Of a stretch of 64,000 nt of DNA, positions 52,195-62,724 are shown one piece after another (the stretch's first letter is position 1; each line of letters opens with the position of its first letter). Source of the DNA: Candidatus Bathyarchaeota archaeon (GTDB lineage Archaea; Thermoproteota; Bathyarchaeia; 40CM-2-53-6); assembly GCA_963733055.1 (NCBI GenBank), contig CAVTBR010000001.1, positions 416,001 to 480,000 of the forward strand, read 5' to 3'. Under the pieces are notes generated by a model, which saw only the letters and a list, made by a program, of their open reading frames with translations, was not told the DNA's origin and made no database searches. The translations under genes were made by a program, and so were the position numbers.

Positions 52195-53112
52195 CTACAG
52201 AAGGCTCCACGCCTTGCCCCAGCTTCGCTTTCCATTCGCAATGACGCTCTCCGATGTCTCGCCTGCGCCCGGTTTGAGTTCGAATCCAATGACCGGCGAG
52301 ATTTCTTTCGGAGTTGAGGGTATGTACCCAATGCTTTTCAGTGCTCGCAGGAATTCAACAAGCTGTGGGATGTCATTCTCTCCGCCTTTCAGGCCGAACC
52401 TTGGATGCTTATCCCCAAATGCCGGATGCCCCGGTGTTTTCACACAGTTGCCAACGTGCACGTGAACCAAATGATCCTTGAGCATACGCAACGCATCTGT
52501 AGGATTCTCATCCAGTAACGGCGCGTGCCCCATGTCATACATTAATCCAAAGTCAGAGAACTTCACTCTGACCGCTTTCGATACCGAAAGCGCCTCCGGC
52601 GAAGGGCCTATCAGACTCTTCTTCTCTATGGTCCGGTCGAACGTCTCTAAGGTCACGCTCACCCCCCTCTCTTTAGCGTATGAGCAGAGTTGCAGGAGCG
52701 AATCCACGAGCAGCCTACGTGCTTCTTCCCGTTTCTCGGGGCCCGGATCAGGCCCGCTCAGTACGGTGAAACGCTTCGCGCCTATCTCCTTCGCCTCGTC
52801 GATGCAAGGTAACAGTGTCTTGATGGCTTCGCGTCGTCGTGACTCATCCAGCGAATTAAGGTCCAGTTTTTGGCTGAGAATTGGTGGCTGCGCACCAAAG
52901 GCAACACGAGCATGCGAGGTCTCGATAGTATCAGCAACTTGCTTTCTTACTTGAGGATCATTAATGTGAGATATCTCGATCATTGAAAAGAAAGGATCAT
53001 TGACTATTCGAGAGACCGTCTCAAGTATTGGCCCCGAGCCCGCCATGGTATCGGGAAATATCATGAAGTGAACAATGCTCAAGTCCACCAGAGGTTTCCA
53101 GGAATCTTTCAT
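52195..53112 (-). CDS. Sugar phosphate isomerase/epimerase (xylose-isomerase-like TIM barrel)
   Basis: LETFD, YDMGH, HVHVG, DKHP and GFE metal-binding motifs. Confidence 0.82.
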   Translation of the reverse strand: MKDSWKPLVDLSIVHFMIFPDTMAGSGPILETVSRIVNDPFFSMIEISHINDPQVRKQVADTIETSHARVAFGAQPPILSQKLDLNSLDESRRREAIKTLLPCIDEAKEIGAKRFTVLSGPDPGPEKREEARRLLVDSLLQLCSYAKERGVSVTLETFDRTIEKKSLIGPSPEALSVSKAVRVKFSDFGLMYDMGHAPLLDENPTDALRMLKDHLVHVHVGNCVKTPGHPAFGDKHPRFGLKGGENDIPQLVEFLRALKSIGYIPSTPKEISPVIGFELKPGAGETSESVIANGKRSWGKAWSLL

Positions 53113-53169
53113 CTATTCCTCACCAGAACCCGAGAGCCGCATATGCCTGCTTTGATTTCCCATTGTTAA

Positions 53170-54513
53170 TCAGCTGACTTCCTTGTCCGGTATTACGAGT
53201 GCTTTGTCGAGGGCGTCGACGCCTTGGTCTATTTCCTCTGGCGTAACTATCAGTGGGGGGGCTATTATCAGGCAGTTGAGCCACGACATTACGTAGGTCC
53301 CGTTCCTCATGCATTCTGCGGCGACTCGGTCAACAACCATCGGTTTACCTTGAAGCTTCTCTTCACGAGTATTGAAGGGCTGCTTAGATTTCCGGTTCCG
53401 AACAAGCTCCAGCGACCAAAATAGTCCCATTCCTCGGACATCGCCAACGGACGGATGCTTTTCCTGAAGGGCCTTCAGCTGCTTTCCAAGATGTTGACCC
53501 ATTGTCCGCGCCCGCTCGATTAGGTTCAATCGCTTGTATTCTCCAATTGCAGCGACACCCGGCGCGAGTGTCAGAGGGTGAGCTTCGTACGTGTGACCGT
53601 GCGCAAAGTAATGTTCCTCGAAGTAGTCGGAAATCTCGCGCGTTGTGGCGGTGACACTGAGCGGGATATAGGCTCCCGTGATGCCCTTGGCGGTGGTTAG
53701 GATGTCTGGTTTAACCTTCCAGTGATTAACGGCGAACCACTCTCCGATTCGACCCCAACCTGTCATGACCTCGTCGCAGATCAGTAAAACTCCGTTCTGT
53801 TCAGTGATCTCACGTAGCCGCGGCAAATACTCGTCGGGAGGAAGAATGACGCCGTTGGCACCGACTATTGGCTCTACGATAACAGCCGCGACGTTCGACT
53901 CATGTTTAATCATGTACTCGATATAGTCTGCGCAGGCGATACCGCAGTCTGGATACTCCAATCCGAATGGACAACGATAACAGTAAGCGTCCGGTCCAAA
54001 GATCACACCTTCCATTTTGCCGGCCGGCTCGATTGGATAACGACGCGGATCCCCCGTAGCAGCTATCGAACCAGCAGTCGACCCATGGTACGACACATAT
54101 CGCGAGATTATCTTGTACTTGCCCGTGAATAACCTCGCAATCTTGAAAGCAGCCTCATTTGCCTCCGTCCCAGAAGTCGCGTAGAAGAACTTCTCAAGCC
54201 CAGTTGGCATAACCTCTTTCAGAGCTGAAGTTAATCGTGCTCGCGCCTCAGTTGTGAAACCTGGGGCGACGTAAGGCAGTTTCCTAGCCTGTTCACATAT
54301 TGCCTCAATTACCGCCTTGTTGCCATGACCAAGATTGCTGCACATCAACTGTGATGCGAAATCCAAGAATCGTTGACCCGACGCATCAGTGAAGTAGCAC
54401 CCTTCTGCACTTACAATCTCCCGAGGCGTCCAACCTTTTTGCGCACGCCACGTTCCGTACGTATACTGCTTAGTTACATTCACATCATCCGACCGCTCTG
54501 TTACCTGGACCAT
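53170..54513 (-). CDS. Class III PLP aminotransferase
   Basis: SGTEANE, YHGST, DEVMTGWGR, AKG and HGHTY motifs. Confidence 0.92.
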   Translation of the reverse strand: MVQVTERSDDVNVTKQYTYGTWRAQKGWTPREIVSAEGCYFTDASGQRFLDFASQLMCSNLGHGNKAVIEAICEQARKLPYVAPGFTTEARARLTSALKEVMPTGLEKFFYATSGTEANEAAFKIARLFTGKYKIISRYVSYHGSTAGSIAATGDPRRYPIEPAGKMEGVIFGPDAYCYRCPFGLEYPDCGIACADYIEYMIKHESNVAAVIVEPIVGANGVILPPDEYLPRLREITEQNGVLLICDEVMTGWGRIGEWFAVNHWKVKPDILTTAKGITGAYIPLSVTATTREISDYFEEHYFAHGHTYEAHPLTLAPGVAAIGEYKRLNLIERARTMGQHLGKQLKALQEKHPSVGDVRGMGLFWSLELVRNRKSKQPFNTREEKLQGKPMVVDRVAAECMRNGTYVMSWLNCLIIAPPLIVTPEEIDQGVDALDKALVIPDKEVS

Positions 54514-54647
54514 TAACCTTCAATCTCGCGATTTTCAAGATTGACTTAAGCCTAATAGGATTACTATCAAATTCCCGCGTTAGAATTCTGAACACCGAAT
54601 AAGAATGAGAATCTCATTACCAAACCCTAACGAATCGGTATCTATGG

Positions 54648-55698
54648 GTGAGATTCATGCGAACCTATGCTGAGAGCAAATGGAGAGACCTCGGGGTTCA
54701 AATGGTGGAGTCTTCGGGAGTTTCTTCGGAAGACGCGCGAACAATCACAGACATCTTAGTTTCAGGCAGCCTTAGAGGAATTGATTCTCATGGCGTCCGG
54801 GTTCTGCCTCGCTTCACGGAGAAGAGACGCAAGGCGGAGATGAAAATGCTGAAAGAAATGCCGGCCACTGCGTTGCTTGATGCCGGCGGTGCGTGGGGCC
54901 CCGTTTCAGCTAAGAGGGCTATGGAAATCGCAATAGAGAAGGCGAGAAAGATGGGCACTGCCACTTGTAGCATTGTCAACGGCGAATGGATCACCAACCT
55001 TTTCTATTATTCGATGATGGCGCAGGAAAATGACATGATCGGAATTGCATTAGCTCGTGAAGGCCCAGTTTGTGCGCCTTGGGGCGGTACCAAGCCGGTG
55101 ACCGGCACGAACCCGATGAGCATCGCGATCCCCGCAGGAAAGCGGTACCCAATAGTTTCCGACTTCGCTACTACAATAGTTGCTGTGGGGCACTTGAAGT
55201 CACTCCTGTTGGAAGGTAAACCGATACCCCAAGATTACCTGATCGACAGGCAAGGAAAACGCGTTGAAACCAGGTGAGCTGAATATGGGAAATATCGATG
55301 CAACATTAGAGAAACCATCATCACCATACGCGCTGCTGCCCTTCGGCACGTACAAAGGCTACGGAATCAACGTGGCGATAGACGTGCTGGGAGGAGCGTT
55401 GAATCTGTCGGGAACCGGATCTAGGGCAAAGGGGCAGGGAGCTTTGATGACAGCCATCAACGTGGAGGCTTTCGTACCCGTCAAAGAATTCAAAGACGAA
55501 GTCGACCGACTAATCGAAGAAATCAAATCATCCCCGACCAGACCCGGATTCCAAGAAGTACTCCTTCCAGGGGAAAGAGAACACACGACGATGGAGAAGA
55601 GAAGGAAAGAGGGAATCCCCATAGATGAAAAATCTTGGGAAGCAATTGTCGACACATGCCACAAGCTAGGAATGGATTCGACGAAGATAATGGGTTGA
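54648..55698 (+). CDS. Ldh2-family (malate/L-lactate/ureidoglycolate-type) dehydrogenase, split by a +1 frameshift at ~55269
   Basis: RGIDSHG, GTNPM, DFAT, PFG.YKGYG and LPGE motifs. Confidence 0.85.
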
Positions 55699-55846
55699 CA
55701 TTCCTCTCTATTTTCGAGAGGTAATCGAACAACTCTTCGACGCGCGGCATTGAAACTTCTAACGCGCTCGAAAGATGTTTTCTCAATTCGAACTGCGCGC
55801 CTAGCCTTAAATCGACAACTTCACGTCTCTCTGCCGGCTAATACAG

Positions 55847-57184
55847 ATGGACTCCTACACGAAACCGAAGATAGTCGTCGAACCTCCCGGACCGAAGGCA
55901 AGAGAGATCATCAAGCGCGATGAAAAAATAACTTCACCCTCCCTAACCCGCACCGCACCACTCGTTGGCGTCAAGTCTGATGGAGTCTGGATTGAGGACA
56001 TCGACGGTAACGTATTCTTGGATTTCGGGTCTGGAATTGCTGTCTCCAACGTTGGCCACTCGAACCAGAAGGTTGTCGATGCCATTAAGAAACAGGTGGA
56101 AACGTGCGATCACATCAATAGCTGTGATTACTTCACTGTCCCCCAAGTCGAGTACGGCGAAAGACTCCTAGCGCGCCTGCCTGGCAACTTCGCAAAGCGA
56201 GTTTTCTTCGGAAATAGCGGGGCGGAAGCGGTGGAGTGTGCGATTAAGATCGCAAAGTGGCATTCTAGGAGGCCGTACCTGATCTCTTTTATCGGGGGCT
56301 TTCACGGACGAACGATGGGCGCCCTATCTGTCACGACTACGAGTGCCGCTGCGAGAAGATTCTTCTTTCCGATGATGCCTGGTGCCATGCCCGTTCCTTA
56401 CGCATACTGCTACCGGTGCGTGTACAAGCAGAGTTACCCGGATTGCGGAATGTGGTGCCTAGGCTACATCGAGGAAGTAGTCCTCAAGAAACTCATTTCC
56501 CCAGACGAAGTTGCGGGGCTTATTGTTGAACCAATCCAAGGCGCGGGGGGCTATATCGTGCCGCCGAAGGAATTCCTCCCAGGATTAAGGAAGATTTGTG
56601 ACAAGTATGGCATAATCATGATCGATGACGAAGTCCAGACCGGTTTTGGTAGAACCGGCAAGATGCTTGCTTGTGAGCACTGGAACGTCATACCCGATAT
56701 CATTTTGATGTCGAAAGCGATGGCGGGCGGACTCCCCATGAGTGCATGCATCTCAAAAGCCGACATAATGGATTGGGACCCCAATGCACACGAAAACACT
56801 TTGGGCGGAAACCCGATCATCGTGGCCGCCGCGCTCGCCGTGCTAGATGTTCTAACAGAGGAGCGGCTGATCGAAAATGCTGCGAAAGTCGGAGATTACA
56901 TGCTCAAGAGATTCAAGGAAATCATGGAGGAGTGCAGCCTGGTTGGGGACGTGAGGGGGAAGGGCATGATGGTGGGCGTTGAATTCGTCAAGGACCGAGA
57001 GACGAAGGAATACGCAACCAAGGAAAGAGACGACCTCATCCTAAGGACATTCAAGAGGGGGCTTCTAATTTTGGGAGCAGGACCATCCAGTGTCCGCCTT
57101 GCACCACCATTGATCACGACCTCAGACCAAGCTGAAACTGGCATCCAAATATTCGAAGAAGAACTGAAGGCGGTCTCAAAGTAG
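55847..57184 (+). CDS. Class III PLP aminotransferase (acetylornithine/GABA-AT family)
   Basis: NSGAEAVE, FHGRT, EPIQG, DEVQTGFGRTG and SK motifs. Confidence 0.9.
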   Translation: MDSYTKPKIVVEPPGPKAREIIKRDEKITSPSLTRTAPLVGVKSDGVWIEDIDGNVFLDFGSGIAVSNVGHSNQKVVDAIKKQVETCDHINSCDYFTVPQVEYGERLLARLPGNFAKRVFFGNSGAEAVECAIKIAKWHSRRPYLISFIGGFHGRTMGALSVTTTSAAARRFFFPMMPGAMPVPYAYCYRCVYKQSYPDCGMWCLGYIEEVVLKKLISPDEVAGLIVEPIQGAGGYIVPPKEFLPGLRKICDKYGIIMIDDEVQTGFGRTGKMLACEHWNVIPDIILMSKAMAGGLPMSACISKADIMDWDPNAHENTLGGNPIIVAAALAVLDVLTEERLIENAAKVGDYMLKRFKEIMEECSLVGDVRGKGMMVGVEFVKDRETKEYATKERDDLILRTFKRGLLILGAGPSSVRLAPPLITTSDQAETGIQIFEEELKAVSK

Positions 57185-57431
57185 TAAGCGAACCCAAAAC
57201 CCCGACCGGCCCGTAAACTTAACGACTTCACTGTTATTGAAAACGCCACAGTCGCCTAACGTTAGTTCTCTGGCTGTGAAGCAGAAAGCATAAGTCATGG
57301 AATACTAGTCGGGCTGAAAGAACGATGATGATCTTCCAGTTGAACGAGGTTCCAGATTATTCTGTCCGCTCAACTGGCGAAAACAAATTGGTTTCGGAAC
57401 GCGGAGGTACGGAGCGCTGATAGACTTAACA

Positions 57432-58883
57432 GTGAATGAAGCCGGTCTCAAGAGAACGGCGAGGAGATGTCATGATAAGAATATCATTATACCTACTTTC
57501 TCTCAGCTGAAAAATCCGAACACCGCGCCCGACAAGATCAAGGAGCAACTCAAGCAGATTGGGCTTTGGGATATAGCGCCCCAGAATTTGTTCAGAATTA
57601 CGTGGAAGAATGAACCCGTAGCAAAGGGAGGGCTCTTTCGATCCATTCCCGACTACATAGAATTGCCACCGGAACTGACCGGGGTTGAGGCGCGCATAAT
57701 CGCCTTGGTCGGAAAATGGTTCCCGACGGGGTCGCACAAGGTTGGGGCGTCCTTCGGCTGCCTGGTCCCTCCACTCGTAACAGGCCAGTTTGACCCGACC
57801 GTGCACAAGGCCGTCTGGCCCAGCACCGGAAACTTCTGCAGGGGAGGCGCCTATGACGCGACCCTCCTCGGCTGCGATAGCATCGCCATCCTCCCCGAGC
57901 AAATGTCCCAAGAACGATTTCAATGGTTGAAGACAGTGGCGGGGGAGATCATCGCCACACCCGGAAGCGAGAGTAATGTGAAGGAGATTTACGACAAGGT
58001 CTGGGAGCTCAAGCGCACTAGAAAAGACATCTTCGTCTTCAACCAATTCTCTGAATTCGGAAACTACCTATTCCACTACGACGTCACCGGGCACGCATTT
58101 GAGGAAGTTATCAAGAAAGAAGCGATAGGGAGCCGCTTTCGTGGCGTTTGCCTGACCACCGGTTCCGCGGGAACAATCGCGTCCGGCGATTACTTGAAAC
58201 AGGTTTACCCAGCGTCGAAGATAGCGGCGGGGGAAGCTGTGCAATGCCCAACGCTATTGCTGAACGGGTATGGGGCGCATCGGATTGAGGGGATCGGCGA
58301 CAAACACGTCCCATGGATCCATAACGTAAGAAACACAGACTTAGTCATCGGAATCGATGACAACGACCCAATGAATCTGCTACGGTTATTCAACGAACCC
58401 GCAGGACGTAATTACCTAGTCAAGGAGGTGGGAGTGTCAGAGGAACTTGTCTCCCAGCTTGACCTGCTTGGAATTTCGAGTATAGCCAACGTCCTCATGG
58501 CGGTTAAGTTCGCAAAGTATTACGAGCTAACCAGCAGCGACCTCCTCCTCACCGTATTCACCGACTCGGCGGAAATGTACCAGTCCAGGCTACAAGAAGC
58601 ACGCAGCCAACAAGGTGAATACCGCCCGCAGCACGCAATTCGCGATTACAGCCAGCATCTAATGGCTATGAAGCTTGACTCGATGATGGAACTCACCTAT
58701 CGCGACAGGAAGAGGGTACACAACCTGAAGTACTTCACGTGGATCGAACAACAAATGATCGACCTCGACGAATTAAACCAGCAATGGTACGACTACGAAA
58801 ACTATTGGGGAGAAATACGGACATTAACCCCTAAAATTGACGAATTGATCACCCAATTCAACCACAGAGTAGGACTACTGTAA
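57432..58883 (+). CDS. Fold-type II PLP-dependent enzyme (cysteine synthase-like)
   Basis: FPTGSHKVG, STGN, NQF, GSAGT and IEGIG motifs. Confidence 0.82.
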   Translation: MNEAGLKRTARRCHDKNIIIPTFSQLKNPNTAPDKIKEQLKQIGLWDIAPQNLFRITWKNEPVAKGGLFRSIPDYIELPPELTGVEARIIALVGKWFPTGSHKVGASFGCLVPPLVTGQFDPTVHKAVWPSTGNFCRGGAYDATLLGCDSIAILPEQMSQERFQWLKTVAGEIIATPGSESNVKEIYDKVWELKRTRKDIFVFNQFSEFGNYLFHYDVTGHAFEEVIKKEAIGSRFRGVCLTTGSAGTIASGDYLKQVYPASKIAAGEAVQCPTLLLNGYGAHRIEGIGDKHVPWIHNVRNTDLVIGIDDNDPMNLLRLFNEPAGRNYLVKEVGVSEELVSQLDLLGISSIANVLMAVKFAKYYELTSSDLLLTVFTDSAEMYQSRLQEARSQQGEYRPQHAIRDYSQHLMAMKLDSMMELTYRDRKRVHNLKYFTWIEQQMIDLDELNQQWYDYENYWGEIRTLTPKIDELITQFNHRVGLL

Positions 58884-58895
58884 ACCAGGAATCCC

Positions 58896-59132
58896 CTATT
58901 GCAGTAAGTAGATGAATTCGTCTCTCGTCAATCCTGTCTGTTCGATTATTGAGAGCAGTGTCTCGATCTTGATTGGGTCGTGTCTAGGTACGGTAACTTT
59001 GCGTTTCCTGGCTTTGTCGGTGAGATAGATGTGACTTCCCCGCTGGTGCGTAACAAACAAACCTGTCTTCTTAAGAGCCTTGATGACCTCCCTCCAGCCT
59101 ATCTGAGGGAGCTTCTTAGACAGTGACCTCAA
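58896..59132 (-). CDS. hicA: HicA-family toxin
   Basis: QRGSH and VTVPRH motifs. Confidence 0.88.
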   Translation of the reverse strand: MRSLSKKLPQIGWREVIKALKKTGLFVTHQRGSHIYLTDKARKRKVTVPRHDPIKIETLLSIIEQTGLTRDEFIYLLQ

Positions 59133-59346
59133 CTACTTCCTTCTTGAACTTGAGGCGCTCCGATTCCTCAGGGAAGGCTTCCAAATAGCCCTTGATGGCC
59201 TCCCTGATATTCTTCAAAGCCTCTTCCTTCGTTTCACCTTCGCTAATTGCCCCCGGAAGCTCAAGGCATTGCACTGAATACCCTCCTTCTCTTTCAACAC
59301 GAAGGACGACGGTGAATGTGTCCTGCTTGACCTTCGACTTACTCAT
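59116..59346 (-). CDS. hicB: HicB-family antitoxin (short form)
   Basis: EGGY...ELPGAISEGETKEEA motif. Confidence 0.9.
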   Translation of the reverse strand: MSKSKVKQDTFTVVLRVEREGGYSVQCLELPGAISEGETKEEALKNIREAIKGYLEAFPEESERLKFKKEVVEVTV

Positions 59347-59409
59347 AGCCTACTCTATTCGAAGAACGAGCTTATTAGCGATTCAGCGTCGCCCTGCTCC
59401 GAGCGGCGT

Positions 59410-60801
59410 TCATTCCGTTGTCCATTTTGTGGCGATGTCGATCTCAGCCCGTTGAAGAAGGTTGTTTGCGTGTTCATTTGCATCACGGATGATCTTCTTC
59501 TCGTCGAGTGTTTTGACAACTCTATTTTCCATGATGATTTTTCCATCGATTATCGTGGTTTCAACGTCTGATCCTTCGGCAGCGTAGACGAGGTGGGAGA
59601 CTGGGTTGAAGGTAGGGGTCAGGTGAGGCTTCTGCATGTTCACAATGATCAAGTCCGCCTTTTTCCCGGTTTCGAGGACGCCGATCTGATCTTGCAGGCT
59701 TAGGGCTTTGGCTCCATTGATAGTAGCCATTTCGAGAACGGTTTCAGCGCTCAGGGCGAGAGGGTCCATCGTTCTCGCCTTTTGTAGAAGTGATGCGGTC
59801 TTCATTTCTCGAACCATATCGTAGGTATTGTTACTGGGACCACCATCGCATCCGATCCCAACGTTTACTCCGGCTTTCATCATCTCTGGCACCTTTGCCA
59901 TTCCCGAAGATAGTTTCATGTTGGAGGAGGGGCAGTGCGCGACGTGTGCGCCCTTACTAGCTAAGATCTTCCACTCCATCTCCGTCAACCACACACCATG
60001 CGCAAAGACCACATTCGGCCCGGTCAGGCCAACTTGGTCCATGAATTCCGCGGGCGTCTTGCCAAACTCCTTCTTCGTGTAACGAACGTCCTCCTGAACC
60101 TCACTCAGATGCATCGTTACCCCAGTTCCAAGGCGTTTTGCCCCTTCCGCAATCTGAGTGTAGAGCTGAGGCGTGCAGCCGCCTAGTGAGCGAGCGCCGT
60201 ACCAAACCTTGATCCTATCATCAGCTTTGCCTTTCCAATGCTTGAAATGGGTCTCAACCTCCCGAAGGCATGTTTCACCATCCTCAATCATCCCAGCGTG
60301 CATAATGCTCTTCTCCGACCCGTAGCCTGGTAGACCCATTACGGTCTTTGAGAGAATCCCGCGCATTCCAGCCCTATCAACAACTCCGGCGATTCCATCA
60401 AACCCATAACGAGAGTGAAGCAGGCTCTCGAGAAACGTGGTCGTTCCGGACTTGATCATCTCAAGCATGCAAAGCTCCGCGCTCACCTTCCCGTCCTCAG
60501 CGGTAAAGTTGCCTTGGAGGGGCCAAACGAATTTCTGAAGCCAATCAATCAGCGAAGTGTCATCCGCGCTACCCCGAATCAAAGCCTGAGCGAGATGCAC
60601 ATGAGTATCAACCAAGCCTGGCAACACGACCTTCCCTTTCGCGTCAATCTCGAATTCCGCGCGGCGTTGCGGCTTAACGTCAACGGTTTTGCCAACCTGC
60701 GAGATTACGCCGGTATCGACGAGAACCGCACCATCCCTGATTACCCGTCGATGCGGGTCCATGGTGACAACTGTCCCACCCTTGATGAGAATTGAAGTCA
60801 A
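59410..60801 (-). CDS. MTA/SAH deaminase-like (Atz/Trz) amidohydrolase
   Basis: DTHVH, HLSE, AHGV, HCPSSNMKL and GCDG motifs. Confidence 0.9.
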   Translation of the reverse strand: MTSILIKGGTVVTMDPHRRVIRDGAVLVDTGVISQVGKTVDVKPQRRAEFEIDAKGKVVLPGLVDTHVHLAQALIRGSADDTSLIDWLQKFVWPLQGNFTAEDGKVSAELCMLEMIKSGTTTFLESLLHSRYGFDGIAGVVDRAGMRGILSKTVMGLPGYGSEKSIMHAGMIEDGETCLREVETHFKHWKGKADDRIKVWYGARSLGGCTPQLYTQIAEGAKRLGTGVTMHLSEVQEDVRYTKKEFGKTPAEFMDQVGLTGPNVVFAHGVWLTEMEWKILASKGAHVAHCPSSNMKLSSGMAKVPEMMKAGVNVGIGCDGGPSNNTYDMVREMKTASLLQKARTMDPLALSAETVLEMATINGAKALSLQDQIGVLETGKKADLIIVNMQKPHLTPTFNPVSHLVYAAEGSDVETTIIDGKIIMENRVVKTLDEKKIIRDANEHANNLLQRAEIDIATKWTTE

Positions 60802-61017
60802 CTCGATCTACCCATCGCTCATGTTCGCTAATAATTACGGCTTCTTGATAGATGGTTAGAGTAATTCGTCCTCTTTCAAACTTCAGCTCTAAACGCTACG
60901 CGAACACGAGAAAAATGGGGTGCTTGAGTTGGGCCGAATTTTCGGCTGATAATCAGTAGTGAACATAAGTACGAAGATGTTAAATTCGCAAAAACCGAGA
61001 TTAAGAGTGGTCGTCTT

Positions 61018-62562
61018 ATGACAAGTCAACCTGCCGCGTTTGTAAGAAAAGCCTCTGGATTACGCAGAGACGTTTCGTTATTGGATGTAGTAAGCCTGAA
61101 CTTGAGCAACATGTCAGGCGGCGCAGCCCTGGGAATTATAGGATTCACGACAGTGCTGCTCTCCTCAATGTCAGGAGTGAACTTGGTTTACGGCTCCATC
61201 CTAGCCTGGTGCCTGTCAATCCCGGAGATCGTTGTCTACACTATGATGACGACAAGAGTTAGCCGAACCGGTGGAGACTACGTTTGGGTCTCACGCGTCT
61301 ACGGAGGATTATTCGGAGGACCACTCTCCTTCATGGGATACACAATGGAAACGATGGCATACATGGCGTTGATCGCGCTTTCGGCAGTTTTCGCGATTGG
61401 ATCCGTTGGAGTTAACTTAGGTTACTCGAACATGCTTCAATACGCTTTGCCAGGCAACATTCCAGGAGCCAACCTAGTAGGACAATTTCTCATCGCAGGG
61501 CTCGTATTCGTTGTGCTGATAGCCATCAATGTTGTCAAACCGAAATTAGGTTACAAAGTCGTTGCGATTGCGGTAATAGTTGCGATAGCGGGAACATTTG
61601 TAGGAATTTTCTCGCTCATTGCCGCCGGCAATGCCGGGGTGCAGGGTTACATGGGCTTCCTAAGCTCGATTGGCGACAATACAACGTATACTGCTGTTGC
61701 TAATTCGTACACTGGCCCAACGTTCGATTTTGGCGCAACCATATTCATGCTCCCATTCTTCGCCATCTTCGTCTACCCCTGGCTGAACGCAGGACCCGCA
61801 GTAGCGTCCGAGATCAAAGGCAAAGGCGCACTAAAGTACAACGTCTTCCTATCTTCACTTGTAACGCTCATAGTCGTCACCGCGGGATTTGGAGCGATGT
61901 ACTATGCTGGCGGACAAAGCTTCATCAACGGCGCATTAGGCAACGCGAACCTTGTATTCAATTGGGGATTCAACTTCTGGACCCTCGCAATGGGTGTCTC
62001 TAGCACTCCTGTAGCCTGGTTCATCGGCTTAGGCTGGATCATGTGGGAGGTAGCCATCATAGCATACGCAATCATCGTTCTCTCACGATACCTCTTCGCC
62101 CAATCATTCGACCGGTTCCTACCCGAGAAGATATCATACATCAGCCCCAAGTACGGCTCGCCCACCATTGCATTCCTAATCAACCTCGTCGGCACATTGG
62201 TCTTGATCGGATTAGCTTCGTTCTTCTACGGCACTCTAACTTCGCTCTATGGAGCGGTTGTCGCGTCAATGGTCTACTTCTTCTTCATAGGAATCGCCGC
62301 CGTACTCTACGCAATGAAGAATGAGAAAGGTCAAGCCAAAGCAATTCTAGCAACCGCCGGAGTTCTGATGGCGGTCGTATTCGCATACATCACCTACCAA
62401 TTCCTTGCCTTCTCATCGATCTGGGGAGGAAACCCAATCGCATACGGCTGGGTCGTGGGCAGCTTCATCCTTGGACTGATAATCTACGTCGTGTCGAAAT
62501 CGTACCACGCCAAGCGAGGCATCGACATCACACTGGCATACAAGGAACTACCACCACTGTAG
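61018..62562 (+). CDS. APC-family amino acid permease
   Basis: FVRKASGLRR, RTGGDY, SFDR and terminal LPPL. Confidence 0.9.
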   Translation: MTSQPAAFVRKASGLRRDVSLLDVVSLNLSNMSGGAALGIIGFTTVLLSSMSGVNLVYGSILAWCLSIPEIVVYTMMTTRVSRTGGDYVWVSRVYGGLFGGPLSFMGYTMETMAYMALIALSAVFAIGSVGVNLGYSNMLQYALPGNIPGANLVGQFLIAGLVFVVLIAINVVKPKLGYKVVAIAVIVAIAGTFVGIFSLIAAGNAGVQGYMGFLSSIGDNTTYTAVANSYTGPTFDFGATIFMLPFFAIFVYPWLNAGPAVASEIKGKGALKYNVFLSSLVTLIVVTAGFGAMYYAGGQSFINGALGNANLVFNWGFNFWTLAMGVSSTPVAWFIGLGWIMWEVAIIAYAIIVLSRYLFAQSFDRFLPEKISYISPKYGSPTIAFLINLVGTLVLIGLASFFYGTLTSLYGAVVASMVYFFFIGIAAVLYAMKNEKGQAKAILATAGVLMAVVFAYITYQFLAFSSIWGGNPIAYGWVVGSFILGLIIYVVSKSYHAKRGIDITLAYKELPPL

Positions 62563-62602
62563 ATCAGTAACCACTAAACAACTAGCGATCAATCACCGTC
62601 AA

Positions 62603-62623
62603 GTCCCCCAGTTTTTGGGGGAC
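62603..62623. terminator. Hairpin between convergent genes
   Basis: GTCCCCCA-gtttt-TGGGGGAC, an 8-bp stem. Confidence 0.4.
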
Positions 62624-62724
62624 ACTTAGTCCCGTCACTGTAACTTATTCGGTGCTAAGCCGTTAAATCGTCAGGGCAGACTGTCGCGTAGTTCACGCGA
62701 GGCGCTAGCCAATATTCGATTGCA

